The notes beneath the pieces are model-generated. The model was not told where the DNA came from. It saw only the letters and a list, made by a program, of their open reading frames with translations, and searched no databases. From the IMG/VR virus record IMGVR_UViG_2843020057_000001, positions 74,516 to 138,515 of that record: a DNA stretch of 64,000 nucleotides. One strand, 5' to 3'. Below, one piece after another: positions 1 through 9,915 of the stretch; position 1 is the first letter of the stretch; each line of letters starts with the position of its first letter. Position numbers and translations under genes: made by a program. Source of the DNA: a virus. Taxonomy: Duplodnaviria; Heunggongvirae; Uroviricota; Caudoviricetes.

Positions 1-723
1 TTAATTAAGCAGTTAGAAAATGAACACAAACAAAGTGTTGGTTATGACAAAATGACCAGGTTAATTAATTTGAGTCAGCAAGTTCCCTATAAGGTGAACA
101 AGAAACGGATTATTCGTATCATGCGAAAGCATGGTATTAAAGCTGACTATCGTCAGCCCAAACATAAGCGTATTCAGGCTCAACAAACTTATGAAGCTGA
201 AAACATTCTTAAACGACAATTTGATCAAAGCGCAGCTAACCAAGTCTGGGTTACGGATACAACTGAGTTAACGTATGGGATTCGACGCAATAAGGTTCGG
301 CTACACGTAGTATTAGATCTGTATGGGCAATATCCAGTAAGTTGGTTAATTACGCCAACGGAAACGGCCAAAGGTGCAATCAAGGTATTTGAACAAGCCA
401 GAGTCAGTGAAGGAGGATTAGCTCCGTTAATCCATACGGATCGTGGTTCAGCATACATATCAAAAGCATTTAATCAATACTTGGCCATTAATGGCACATG
501 TCATAGTTACTCTGCACCAGGTACTCCAGCCGATAATGCAGTAATAGAACATTGGTGGGCAGATTTTAAGGCAATATGGATAGCTCACCTACCTAAAGCA
601 CAGACATTAACAGAATTAGAGCAACAAGTTGAAACAGGCATTACATACTTCACTGAAGAATTTATCTCAGCGAAAAGAAACGACCTTACCGCAGCAGAAT
701 ATCGCTTTGGCAAGGCCAGCTAA
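1..723 (+). mobile_element. IS3-family transposase OrfB (DDE/rve integrase core), 5' end cut by window edge
   Basis: ORF open to base 1. Protein has the rve-core pattern (VWVTDTTE..., HTDRGSAY, ...IEHWW...) typical of IS3/IS150 OrfB. Confidence 0.8.
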
Positions 724-855
724 TTTTCATTATTTAAAGTGTCAACTTGACAGGGCACAGTACCACATAAATAGATTGTCTTTTATACAGAAAAAGCCCA
801 ACGCAAAACACGTAGGACTAATAGATAGAAGAGAGTTTACGATATTCTAACACTC

Positions 856-1218
856 TTATTCTTTGCGGACAATATCATCCCTGATGATTCTTGCACCATA
901 TTCCTGCCGTAAATTAAAGAGTTTTTTCTTAGGGAAGGCATGGGTCAGCACGGGAATATCCCATTCCTTTTGAAATGCCATTAACACCTCAATAAAGTCA
1001 TCATAGCTAAAATCAGAGAAGGGGAGTTGTGCAACAATTGCATTATAAACGCCAGGGTTAAACTTACTATGAGCTTCTACATTGATATTGTATTTCTGAC
1101 TAAGATCGGTAATAGAGGCCCAAAGGTTAAGTTTTCCATGGGTGTGCTGCTTGAAGTCGGCAATGATCTCATTGCCTTTCCTGATTGCTAATCTAACATC
1201 ACGGGTTTGATATTTCAT
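856..1218 (-). CDS. small conserved hypothetical protein (paralog A of 5319..5681)
   Basis: ORF-track start at 1368 is probably too early. The internal Met (MKYQTRDV...) has a GAGG RBS 8 nt upstream. ~65% aa identity to 5319..5681, ending ...GARIIRDDIVRKE in both. Confidence 0.5.
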   Translation of the reverse strand: MKYQTRDVRLAIRKGNEIIADFKQHTHGKLNLWASITDLSQKYNINVEAHSKFNPGVYNAIVAQLPFSDFSYDDFIEVLMAFQKEWDIPVLTHAFPKKKLFNLRQEYGARIIRDDIVRKE

Positions 1219-1285
1219 AATTAAAACCTCGTTTAATAGGAAAACGCTTATGATAAAATAATAAGGCAGGCAAGTTTCAAGGACG

Positions 1286-1965
1286 GTGGCCGACGCGTAT
1301 TTCGGAGGTGGTTCAATGAACTTCACCATTAAGAAAGGGCTGTTGGCACATGAGCGCTTACCAAGCACTTATGCTAATGTTGGCCTTTGCGACCTTCGTG
1401 GTTGCATTGCTGACCTTTATTTTCTCATTTTGTTGAAAATAAAAGATCGTCCTGTTAACTTTGGCCAGTTGCGGACGATCTTTTATTGATTCAATGTAAC
1501 TAGGCCACCGTCTTTTTAACGGGCCTGCTTTTTGTGTATCTATATTATAGCATGAAAGAGGGAAATTGAGTAGTCAGTGAATACTCAGTGATGTGTTCAT
1601 GAGTCTTTCATGCTATAACCAGTCATTAAAATTTTTGTTTTAATGCGAGGGAAATAACCTAAAACAAAAATTTTAATGACAGGTAGATAAACAAGAAAAC
1701 AACTATCCCCTATGGTAGTTGTCAATAGTATCAACCACTGCTCATTCATGTTATAATATAGATACACGAAATGCAGGCCCGTTTCAAAGACGGTGACCTG
1801 GTTACTTAGAACTAATATCGTCCGTAACCGGCCAAAGTTAGTAGGACGGTTTTTTATTATGCACAGAATGTGAAAATAAAAGTCAGCAAAGCAATTATAA
1901 AAGTTGCAAAAGCCAGCATTAACATAAGTGCCTGGTAAGCGCTCATGTGCCGAAAGTCCTTTCAT
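1286..1965. repeat. foldback element: ~165-bp inverted repeats (1326-1492 vs 1798-1962, ~80% id) around a ~300-bp core of nested perfect palindromes
   Basis: Outer IR arm ggccaccgtc...gggcctgc (1503-1528) pairs with gcaggccc...gacggtgacc (1771-1796). Inner 17-bp IR tgtgtatctatattata/tataatatagatacaca. 21-bp IR gtcattaaaatttttgtttta/taaaacaaaaattttaatgac. Hairpin+T-run units gatcgtcc...ggacgatc (1445-1490) and cgtcc...ggacgg-ttttttatt (1818-1862). Confidence 0.6.
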
Positions 1966-2407
1966 TCACTGCAATATCATCTTATAATTGAGATAGCCAC
2001 CAACCAGAGAACCACAAGCAGTGCGCTAACAAGCTGTATGGTATCGATGGATATTATCGATCCTTTCTCTGCGAGGGGGACGAACGACATTAGATCCTGC
2101 ACTACATTATAGTGTGGGGTCTTTTTATATATTAGAAAAGTCCCTTTTGCTATTGGCTCTAGTAAAAGGGACTTAGTGTTGTCGTAACCCTTCTCATATA
2201 GGAAGAGTGTGGCTCAAATGGACTACGCGGCCCAATATCTCTTACCACAATTGTATTATACCACGAGAACAGAACTAGTTTCTTTTCGCTTTCTTTTCAT
2301 TGAGTTAGATTTTTACTCATAAACGCCGTAATAACAGCATCTGTTTCTTTTTATTTTCTTTCGATTACTAAAACTACCAAAAATTATGAAGATTTAGCGT
2401 TAATAAA

Positions 2408-4345
2408 TTATAGTTGTTTAGCAGCGATATAACCCTCGTGAATTGCATCATAAATCTGACGAACATACTTTGAGTCTCCAACATTGAAAACTTGCATATT
2501 TGTTTCTTCAGTTAAGCGGTCATAAAGTTCATGTTGTGGAATAAATCCTGCCGCAGAAATAAGCATATCAGCAGGAATCATTTTTTGATTTCCAAAACGA
2601 TCAACTAAAGTTAGCTTCTTATCAGTTAAACTAGTCGGTCTTAACCCTGTTAACACCTTAATATTGGTTTTGCTAATAGCGTATGCATAAGCACGACTAC
2701 TAGATGATGTTGCTTGATGAGACAAAAAATGATCGGTAACTTCAACAATTGTTACATTCTTACCAGATTTATTTAATTCTAGAGCAGTTTCAGCACCGGT
2801 AATACCTCCACCTATAACAACAATATTCTGACCATTTGCTTTTTGACTACCATTAAGATAATCCATTGCTGAAATAATTGAAGCACCATTTTTTGCACCA
2901 TTAATTTTTAAGTTACGTTCTTTACCACCAATAGCAACTACACAAGCATCAAAATTATCGGCTTTTATATTGTCTACAGTAGCCGTTTCATCAATAACAG
3001 ATATGTTTTTATTATGAGCAATTTCATGGTGATAATATTTTATTAGGTTATTAATGTTTCGCTTATTATCTGGGACGGCCGCTTCAATCATCGCGCCACC
3101 AAGCGCTCTCTTTTCATATAGAGTAACCTTATGTCCGCGCTGAGCAGCGACTAGTGCCGCTTCGCAGCCCCCTGGCCCTGCACCAACAACGGCTACTTTC
3201 TTGGCTTCCTTCGCCTTGGTATGATCATCATTTTCGAAATGGTACAAAGATGGATTAACGGCACAGTGAATAACATTATTACTTAATAAGCCACGATCTA
3301 AGCATCCGACTAGGCAGTTAATGCAGGGAACTATATCTTCAGGATGACCTTCCTGTGCTTTCTTAGCCCACATTGGATCTGCCAACAGTGAACGACCAAG
3401 CGCAACGAAATCTCCGGCTCCCTTTTCGAGCGCATCTTCAGCTTCGATAGGTGTAAAAATATTATGTCCTGCAAAGCAAGGAATGCTTACCGCATCTTGA
3501 ATAGCTTTGGTTTCTTTATTATTAAATTCATTTGGCATTAAAAATTCACGGTCCGAAGTTGCATGTGTACCACAGATTAGATTAATGTGCGAACACCCTG
3601 CTTTTTCAAGTGCTTTTGCTACTTGGATTGTTTCATCTAATGTAATTCCGGCAGGTTCCCAATCTTCTGTAGATAGTTTTACGCCAACTGGAAAGTTAGT
3701 CCCGCATTTCTGCTTAATATTTTGAATGATCTCTAAAAGGAATCGCATTCGGTTATGTAATGACCCACCGTACATATCGGTTCTTTGATTATCATGTGGC
3801 GAAAGGAAATTAGTTGGTAAGCATCCTGCAGCACCATGAATTTCTAAAATTTGAAAACCGGCCTTTTTACAACGTAAGGCTGCATCACCAAATTTTTCCA
3901 CTAGGGAATGAATTTCATCAATTGTTAATGCACGCGGTAATTTTGCACCATGTTGATACCAAGGCTCATAAGTTACTGGTGAAGCAGCAACTACGTCCTC
4001 GCTTCCAACAAAACCAGCGTCACGACCGGGGTGAGCAATCTGCATTCCAGCTACTGCCCCATTTAGTTTGACAGCATCGGCTAGGCGAGATAATCCAGGA
4101 ATAAAACGATCATCATCAGCTCGCAACCCGCAAGATGTCATAGCAACAGGAGTAACGTTATCCATAAAAATTAGACCAGCACCGCCCTTAGCTGCTTGTG
4201 CATATGCCTTGATTTGATCCTCACTTACAGAACCATCAGGATTACCAAGGTATGTGCCCATAGAATTGCGAACAATCCGATTTTTTATCTCCACGTTACC
4301 TATCTTCCCATGCCTAAATAACTTTGGGAAATATTGATTTTTCAT
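2408..4345 (-). CDS. NADH:flavin oxidoreductase, 2-enoate reductase/2,4-dienoyl-CoA-reductase-like (OYE TIM-barrel + 4Fe-4S Cys cluster + FAD/NAD(P) domain)
   Basis: N-terminal Old-Yellow-Enzyme-like FMN domain. Cys motif CINCLVGCLDRGLLSNNVIHCAVNP. GxGxxG VAVVGAGPGGCEAALVAAQRG and a second Rossmann VVIGGGITGAETA. Confidence 0.8.
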   Translation of the reverse strand: MKNQYFPKLFRHGKIGNVEIKNRIVRNSMGTYLGNPDGSVSEDQIKAYAQAAKGGAGLIFMDNVTPVAMTSCGLRADDDRFIPGLSRLADAVKLNGAVAGMQIAHPGRDAGFVGSEDVVAASPVTYEPWYQHGAKLPRALTIDEIHSLVEKFGDAALRCKKAGFQILEIHGAAGCLPTNFLSPHDNQRTDMYGGSLHNRMRFLLEIIQNIKQKCGTNFPVGVKLSTEDWEPAGITLDETIQVAKALEKAGCSHINLICGTHATSDREFLMPNEFNNKETKAIQDAVSIPCFAGHNIFTPIEAEDALEKGAGDFVALGRSLLADPMWAKKAQEGHPEDIVPCINCLVGCLDRGLLSNNVIHCAVNPSLYHFENDDHTKAKEAKKVAVVGAGPGGCEAALVAAQRGHKVTLYEKRALGGAMIEAAVPDNKRNINNLIKYYHHEIAHNKNISVIDETATVDNIKADNFDACVVAIGGKERNLKINGAKNGASIISAMDYLNGSQKANGQNIVVIGGGITGAETALELNKSGKNVTIVEVTDHFLSHQATSSSSRAYAYAISKTNIKVLTGLRPTSLTDKKLTLVDRFGNQKMIPADMLISAAGFIPQHELYDRLTEETNMQVFNVGDSKYVRQIYDAIHEGYIAAKQL

Positions 4346-4479
4346 CGTATAGTCCTCCTTGTCATTAACTTGTATCCGCTTACCTCTCTATTATGTTATA
4401 CTTTGAACAAGTATACAATCAGCGGTCTTAGTAAAGAAGTTGCATAAGCAACTATTGATTAAGAAAGGTTGCAAAAATA

Positions 4480-5052
4480 ATGACTGAAGATATTCGAATA
4501 ATTAAAACAAAAGAGAATATTCAAAATACTTTTATTAATATAATGGCAGAACAAGACTTTGAAAAAATTACTGTAAAAGCAATTACATCTCGTGCACGGA
4601 TAAATAAAAGCACTTTTTATCGAAATTACGCAGATAAATACGATCTTTTTTATAGTATTATTAGCAATTTATTAAGAGAATACAAAGCTACTCTTTCCCC
4701 TGATTTTTTTGAATTAGTAAGCATCGGATCTATTGCCGCAATTGAAAAGGCGATAAATCCAATTATTGATTTTTTTGATCAAAATAAGAGGACCTTATTG
4801 ATTATTCATTCTTGCCAACTATCATCCATACTTTTTGATGGTATGGTAACGGAACTTCATGACGTTTTAATAAAAAAAACGGATAAAAAAGATTCTCTTG
4901 TTAAAAGCTTTTATTGCACTTTAATTGCCAACAACATCCTAACATCCATTAAATGGTGGCATATTTATAATAACCATCGCATGAGCAAAATGGACTTTAT
5001 AAATGTGGTTACAACAACGATTAATGAAGGAATCGTCTCAAGCATTGATTAG
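4480..5052 (+). CDS. TetR/AcrR-family transcriptional regulator
   Basis: N-terminal HTH ...FEKITVKAITSRARINKSTFYRNYADKYDLF... Divergent from the oxidoreductase gene. Confidence 0.8.
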   Translation: MTEDIRIIKTKENIQNTFINIMAEQDFEKITVKAITSRARINKSTFYRNYADKYDLFYSIISNLLREYKATLSPDFFELVSIGSIAAIEKAINPIIDFFDQNKRTLLIIHSCQLSSILFDGMVTELHDVLIKKTDKKDSLVKSFYCTLIANNILTSIKWWHIYNNHRMSKMDFINVVTTTINEGIVSSID

Positions 5053-5318
5053 GCACAGTGGCCTGTAAAGCTTATACTTTAAATAATCAAAGTACAGGAG
5101 GCATATTTCGCTACGGCAAGCTCGTTTTTCGCTGAGTTCGCTGAGATGGCCTTTTCAGTAAAGTCCGTAATATCCGCTTTAACCTGCTGTTCCACTTCCA
5201 TTAATGTCTGTGCTTTAGGGATTTGGCCTAGTTACTTTGAACCAATAAAAGATCGTCCGTAACCAGTCAAAGCTTGTAAGGCGGTCTTTTATTATGTATG
5301 AAAACGAGGTTCTTTATC

Positions 5319-5681
5319 ATGAAAATTCAAACTCGTAATGTAAAACTAGCAATCAAAAAAGGCAATGAAATTATCGCCGACTATAAGCAGCACTCAAATG
5401 GCAAACTCACTCTATGGACATCTATTAACAACCATACTGAGAAATACAATATTACAGCCGAAGCGCAAAGCAAGGTTAAACCTGGTATTACTACCGCGAT
5501 TGTCGCACAACTTCCCTTCTCCGAATTCAAATACGAGGAATATGTCGAGGTGCTTATATCGTTACAAGAGGAATGGGGTATCCCCGTCCTGACACACGTC
5601 TTTCCAAAGGATAAGCTGTACAACCTACGTCAGAAGTATGGTGCTAGAATAATCAGGGATGATATTGTCCGCAAAGAATAA
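5319..5681 (+). CDS. small conserved hypothetical protein (paralog B of 856..1218)
   Basis: Start chosen at MKIQTRNV with a GAGG RBS (aacGAGGttctttatcATG). Upstream hairpin+T-run copy at 5244-5290 matches the 1818-1862 element. 3' flank 5686-5750 matches rc of 780-850. Confidence 0.5.
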   Translation: MKIQTRNVKLAIKKGNEIIADYKQHSNGKLTLWTSINNHTEKYNITAEAQSKVKPGITTAIVAQLPFSEFKYEEYVEVLISLQEEWGIPVLTHVFPKDKLYNLRQKYGARIIRDDIVRKE

Positions 5682-5832
5682 GAGTATTAGAATACCGTAA
5701 ACTCTCTTCTATTATTAGTCCTACACGATTATGTGTGGGGCTTTTTCTATAAACACAAAAACTTCCCAGCAACATTGTTACTGAGAAGCCAGGTTTATAT
5801 TATTTCTTTATAAAAGCTTAGTTTTACAAAGT

Positions 5833-6771
5833 TTAATTTGCAAAATCATCTTTATTGATTCTGTATATGTGATAAGTCTTTTCTACTTCAACTCCTACCC
5901 CATATTGAACCATTAAGTTAGTGAGCATTTCACCATCAATAGTCGTAATGTTTAGGTTTTGTGCTGCTTCTTCTGCACCAGTAGTAAATGATGAAGTGGT
6001 AATAAATACACCTCGATCAGTGTGCTTAAGCTTAACTGCACCGCTAAATGATGTAATCTCGGGTCTACCAACTGGATTATTTGGCGCATACCTTTTAACT
6101 TGCAGATAAACCTTTTGAAGCCCCAGTGCGTCTTGATAAATCACACCGTCAATACCATTGTCATTTGACTTTTGAGTAACGATTGATTGGCCATTTGGCC
6201 CCTTATAGCCCATTCTATTTAGTAGTTCAACCATAAGGCCTTCAAAAGCATACGGATTCATTTCAGTTAGTTTTGCAAGTAATTGATCTTTCAACTCGTC
6301 TGTCTTCTGACTAAACCAGTCTTGAATCAATTCCTCACTAAATGAATTTAGACTTTCTGAAGCGTCACTATTGGTATTCTTAGCTTTAACTAATTTAGTT
6401 TGATGTTGCTTATATAACGGTTCTTCATGGACTACAGCCCTAGTCAAATTCAGCCCATATTTTTTCCAAGCATTTTTTCCAAGTTGAGTTATCTCATATT
6501 CTCCTCTTTTAGGTGAATGTAAATAACCTGCAATTTTTAGATCGCTAAGTGCAAAGCCAGCACGATTTTTAGCAACGTTACCCATATATTTTGAGTTGTA
6601 CTCTTTATTCCTTAACTCATCAGGAAGGTCTAATTCATTTACTGCCGCCGTCTTTAATTCATCAGCTGTCCATAACGGCTTATTCGTAGCGAGCTTCAGA
6701 ATAATGCCTAAATAAGCATCCCAAGTCGGCATACCATCAGAACTATGTTTTAGTGTAGTATAATCAATCAT
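5833..6771 (-). CDS. mrr: Mrr-family restriction endonuclease (Mrr_N winged helix + Mrr_cat)
   Basis: C-terminal PD-(D/E)xK Mrr catalytic region (...GIDGVIYQDALGLQKVYLQVKRY...FITTSSFT). N-terminal Mrr_N-like domain. Confidence 0.7.
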   Translation of the reverse strand: MIDYTTLKHSSDGMPTWDAYLGIILKLATNKPLWTADELKTAAVNELDLPDELRNKEYNSKYMGNVAKNRAGFALSDLKIAGYLHSPKRGEYEITQLGKNAWKKYGLNLTRAVVHEEPLYKQHQTKLVKAKNTNSDASESLNSFSEELIQDWFSQKTDELKDQLLAKLTEMNPYAFEGLMVELLNRMGYKGPNGQSIVTQKSNDNGIDGVIYQDALGLQKVYLQVKRYAPNNPVGRPEITSFSGAVKLKHTDRGVFITTSSFTTGAEEAAQNLNITTIDGEMLTNLMVQYGVGVEVEKTYHIYRINKDDFAN

Positions 6772-7114
6772 TTCTTACCCTTATTTGTATTGCACCTACG
6801 CCAACCAGAAGTAACTAATTCTTTATAATAATATGTGTATCTGACACTTTAACCTTATTACCAACAAGGTCCGCCAAAGTAATCATCTCGTGCCGAGGTA
6901 AGCTTTTGAATTCGAACACTTTAAATCACTTCTTCTCATCATATTTCTCCTATTATTAAGTATAGTCTTAATCAATTCAGTTATACAATAAGAAAAGCTC
7001 CTTGCTATGACTTATAGTAGGGAGCTTCTTTACCTATTTGTCCGCTTCATAAAATATCAGTTTTAATTACATGATATCTTTATAAAAGCAGAGTTTTACA
7101 AAGAGAAAATCCAG

Positions 7115-7486
7115 CTAATTCCAGTCATCATCATTATCCTTATCATCGTAATCATTCAGATAATCATGATAATGAGCATAGTCGTCATTATGATGTTGCA
7201 AAGCATGTAGTGTTTCAATATCCCACAAGGTATCCGAAACAGAATCATGATCAGATTCATCAGGATTATCGTGTGCTTCATTATGAGACGGGTTACGCAT
7301 ATCCTCTCCACTTAGCCAATAGCATATTCGGAAGAAAAGCCAAAGCATAAAATAGCAGATCAAAAAGCCCCCAACAATATAGAAAAGGAACTCCCAAAGA
7401 CCTAGGAATGTGATAATAATTGCCGCAATAATCCCAAACACTAACCAACGGTGGTGAAGTATTTCTTTCTGTTTATTATTTAACAC
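7115..7486 (-). CDS. hypothetical membrane protein with very acidic C-terminal tail
   Basis: Two predicted TM helices followed by a D/E/H-rich tail. No recognisable family. Confidence 0.35.
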   Translation of the reverse strand: MLNNKQKEILHHRWLVFGIIAAIIITFLGLWEFLFYIVGGFLICYFMLWLFFRICYWLSGEDMRNPSHNEAHDNPDESDHDSVSDTLWDIETLHALQHHNDDYAHYHDYLNDYDDKDNDDDWN

Positions 7487-7605
7487 GAGACATTACCTCT
7501 TCCCGACCTTTAACGCTCATTTTAATTATACCACTGTTATATTTTTTAATTGAGTCGAAACGAGTGACAAAAAAGTCTATCATTATCGGTGTTACTAATA
7601 ATTGA

Positions 7606-7974
7606 TCATTGCTCATTATCCGGGGCTGTGAATATGTCAATGATATCTGCCTGTAGATTTAACACCTGCCCGAGCTTTTGAATTATTTTGGCCTGTGTTT
7701 CAGCTATATCAGAATAAAGACCGGTGATTTGGGATGAAAGCTTTTGTCGCTCTTGTAGAACATTAACGGCTGCCTCAGGAAGACCAAATATAGCCGGGTC
7801 TTCAACTTTTTTAATTGCTTGATCCATTTTAGCATCCATTTCAATCAGGCGAGGATCCTTAAGCATTCCTTCATAGTTTTCAACAAGTTGCTTTTGAAAA
7901 TTTATTTGGTCCCATACATCAACAATTTCTTGTTGCTTTGCATTTACCTTTGCATAGATTTCATTTTTATCCAT
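7606..7974 (-). CDS. hypothetical coiled-coil protein, possibly 5th gene of the mod-res operon
   Basis: Starts 48 bp downstream of the SNF2 gene on the same strand. Heptad-like sequence. Confidence 0.4.
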   Translation of the reverse strand: MDKNEIYAKVNAKQQEIVDVWDQINFQKQLVENYEGMLKDPRLIEMDAKMDQAIKKVEDPAIFGLPEAAVNVLQERQKLSSQITGLYSDIAETQAKIIQKLGQVLNLQADIIDIFTAPDNEQ

Positions 7975-8022
7975 AATTTAGCCTCCAAAAATTTATATTG
8001 TAAAACATCCATTTTATAAAGC

Positions 8023-9915
8023 CTACTTATATCTTCCCATTACAACGTCTTTAACTTCTTTAAGATAGTCATCAGTATATTCCGGCACCAGAAGCTGTCC
8101 GTCGATAGCATCAAGCATAACTTTCTCCTTATCTTTTAACTTCTTATAAACCGTATTATCAATAAAGCCCATATGAGCAACATCGCCCTTGGTCATTAAA
8201 TAATAATATCTTGTATACTGATTTGATGGTAAACCAAGGCGATTAATACGATCACGGGATTGTAACATGAAGGTCAGATTAAAATTGTATTCAAAGTAAA
8301 CTGCATCATGTACCGTTTGATGCAGCGATATAGACTCACCCAAAGTGTTAGGATTAGACACTAATACCTGTACATCACCGGTTCGAAAATTATCTATCAT
8401 TCCTTCGCGGTCTTGCTTAGGCGTTGCACCATATATCAAAGTTGTCTTAATTCCCATACTATTAAGAGTATCGGTAATCTTTTGCATAGTGCCAACAAAC
8501 ATTCCCCAGACAAGAACCTTCTTACCTTGACTGACTAGTTTATCAATTAGATCAATGCCCATTTCAAATTTAGGTGCTTCTATTTTTACCAAATCATACT
8601 TTTTATATGCTTCTCCACTACTCATATTTTCTTTTTCAATTGAGGTAGATTGTTTACTCCAAACACCTGAATCAGCGTCAATTAAGCCTAATTCTTTATA
8701 GTTAATATTGGTCGCTAATAATTCAGGATTTGTTGAAGCTTGTAATAACCTAATAAAGGTTGCTAATGCACCATTCTCGTTTTCATAAATTGCTTGTGCT
8801 AGTACCTCCTGATTCTTAGACGGAGCTACTTCTTTAATAATATCTGGATCAGGCTTAGGAACGTGTAAATCTCGTTTATTGGTACGCCAGAAAAACGGGG
8901 ATAGTTTTCTGTTCACATCTTCAGGATCAATATTATTTAAAGTGGTTAAATCCCAGGTAAAGAATGAGGAATATTCATCAGGATACATCAAGTGTAAGAA
9001 ATTATAGATATCCCTAAATCCATTTGGAATAGGGGTCCCAGTAAGCACGTATCGATAATGAGGCGCCTGACTAAGGCTAAGTGCTGCTCTAGCTCTTTGA
9101 CCACCAACACCCTTAACCCGGTGAACTTCATCAAAGACTAACATTGTTTTAGAATCCAGCAGGTCGTTAATAATATTTAACTTGCTTTGTAAAGACTCAT
9201 AATTAATTGTGATTACATCAGCTTGAACCCAATCATGTTTAATGGCTCCAGTATTATTATTGTATTTTTTATCTCGCATATTGAGATAATGAAGTTCTCG
9301 TTTAGGACCAAAGACTGCCTGAAATTCTGTACGCCAAGCAGCAAATGCGTTCAATGGTGAAATTACTAAAAGCTTATTTACCTCATTAACTTTGGGACTG
9401 GATAAATAAGCAAAGGTCCCATACATCATAGCAGTTTTTCCTGCGCCTGGTACTGAAAAATTAGCAGCCCGCTTCATAATTGTCATGAAGAAACTGGCTT
9501 TTTCTTGTTCTGGCTTAAGTGGTCGTGTTATTTCCTGACTAACAACTGATTTAAAGTTTTCAAACTCTTTATGCCAGCGAGGATCTCCGTCCTTGATTGT
9601 AAGCCCAGCCTGACTTTGCTCTTTAATATAGTATTGGCGCTGTTGAACAAACTGATTGAACTTATTACTAGTCTTCACTTCAGGCAAGCCCTTACGTTGT
9701 AAACGTCGGTTAAGCTTCTTTATTAGCTCTAATAATTGAACATATGTTAAGTCACTTTTAAAAGTTCGTTGCTCCGAATTTTCAAAATATGGCGCAAAGA
9801 TAGCTAATCCCCGCTGAGCTGTTTTACTTTCAAGAGTTTTAGCCTCATCATCTATGAGTTGAAACAAGCCATCATTATTTTTAATTATGATTGGACTATC
9901 TGATTTCATCACCAT
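8023..9915 (-). CDS. SNF2-family DEAD/DEAH helicase
   Basis: Walker A GAGKTAMM. DExH FDEVHRVKG. SNF2 motif III LTGTPIPNGFRDIYNFLHLM. C-terminal helicase domain. Start overlaps the stop of the upstream gene. Confidence 0.8.
   Translation of the reverse strand: MVMKSDSPIIIKNNDGLFQLIDDEAKTLESKTAQRGLAIFAPYFENSEQRTFKSDLTYVQLLELIKKLNRRLQRKGLPEVKTSNKFNQFVQQRQYYIKEQSQAGLTIKDGDPRWHKEFENFKSVVSQEITRPLKPEQEKASFFMTIMKRAANFSVPGAGKTAMMYGTFAYLSSPKVNEVNKLLVISPLNAFAAWRTEFQAVFGPKRELHYLNMRDKKYNNNTGAIKHDWVQADVITINYESLQSKLNIINDLLDSKTMLVFDEVHRVKGVGGQRARAALSLSQAPHYRYVLTGTPIPNGFRDIYNFLHLMYPDEYSSFFTWDLTTLNNIDPEDVNRKLSPFFWRTNKRDLHVPKPDPDIIKEVAPSKNQEVLAQAIYENENGALATFIRLLQASTNPELLATNINYKELGLIDADSGVWSKQSTSIEKENMSSGEAYKKYDLVKIEAPKFEMGIDLIDKLVSQGKKVLVWGMFVGTMQKITDTLNSMGIKTTLIYGATPKQDREGMIDNFRTGDVQVLVSNPNTLGESISLHQTVHDAVYFEYNFNLTFMLQSRDRINRLGLPSNQYTRYYYLMTKGDVAHMGFIDNTVYKKLKDKEKVMLDAIDGQLLVPEYTDDYLKEVKDVVMGRYK

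Noticed and set aside
1286-1965. ORFs 1286-1489 (+) and 1597-1965 (-) encoding similar ~55-aa peptides
   Set aside because: They are the two arms of an inverted repeat. Differences between arms are mostly nonsynonymous and each ends in a hairpin/T-run, so they were treated as a DNA/RNA repeat element.
3507-4071. Plus-strand ORFs 3507-3725 and 3814-4071 inside the oxidoreductase gene
   Set aside because: Antisense to a well-supported 645-aa CDS. Typical shadow ORFs. The same applies to 11377-11589, 12562-12780, 13602-13823, 13953-14138, 15112-15771, 33516-34276, 34801-35043, 60874-61343 and 62390-63074 inside larger genes.
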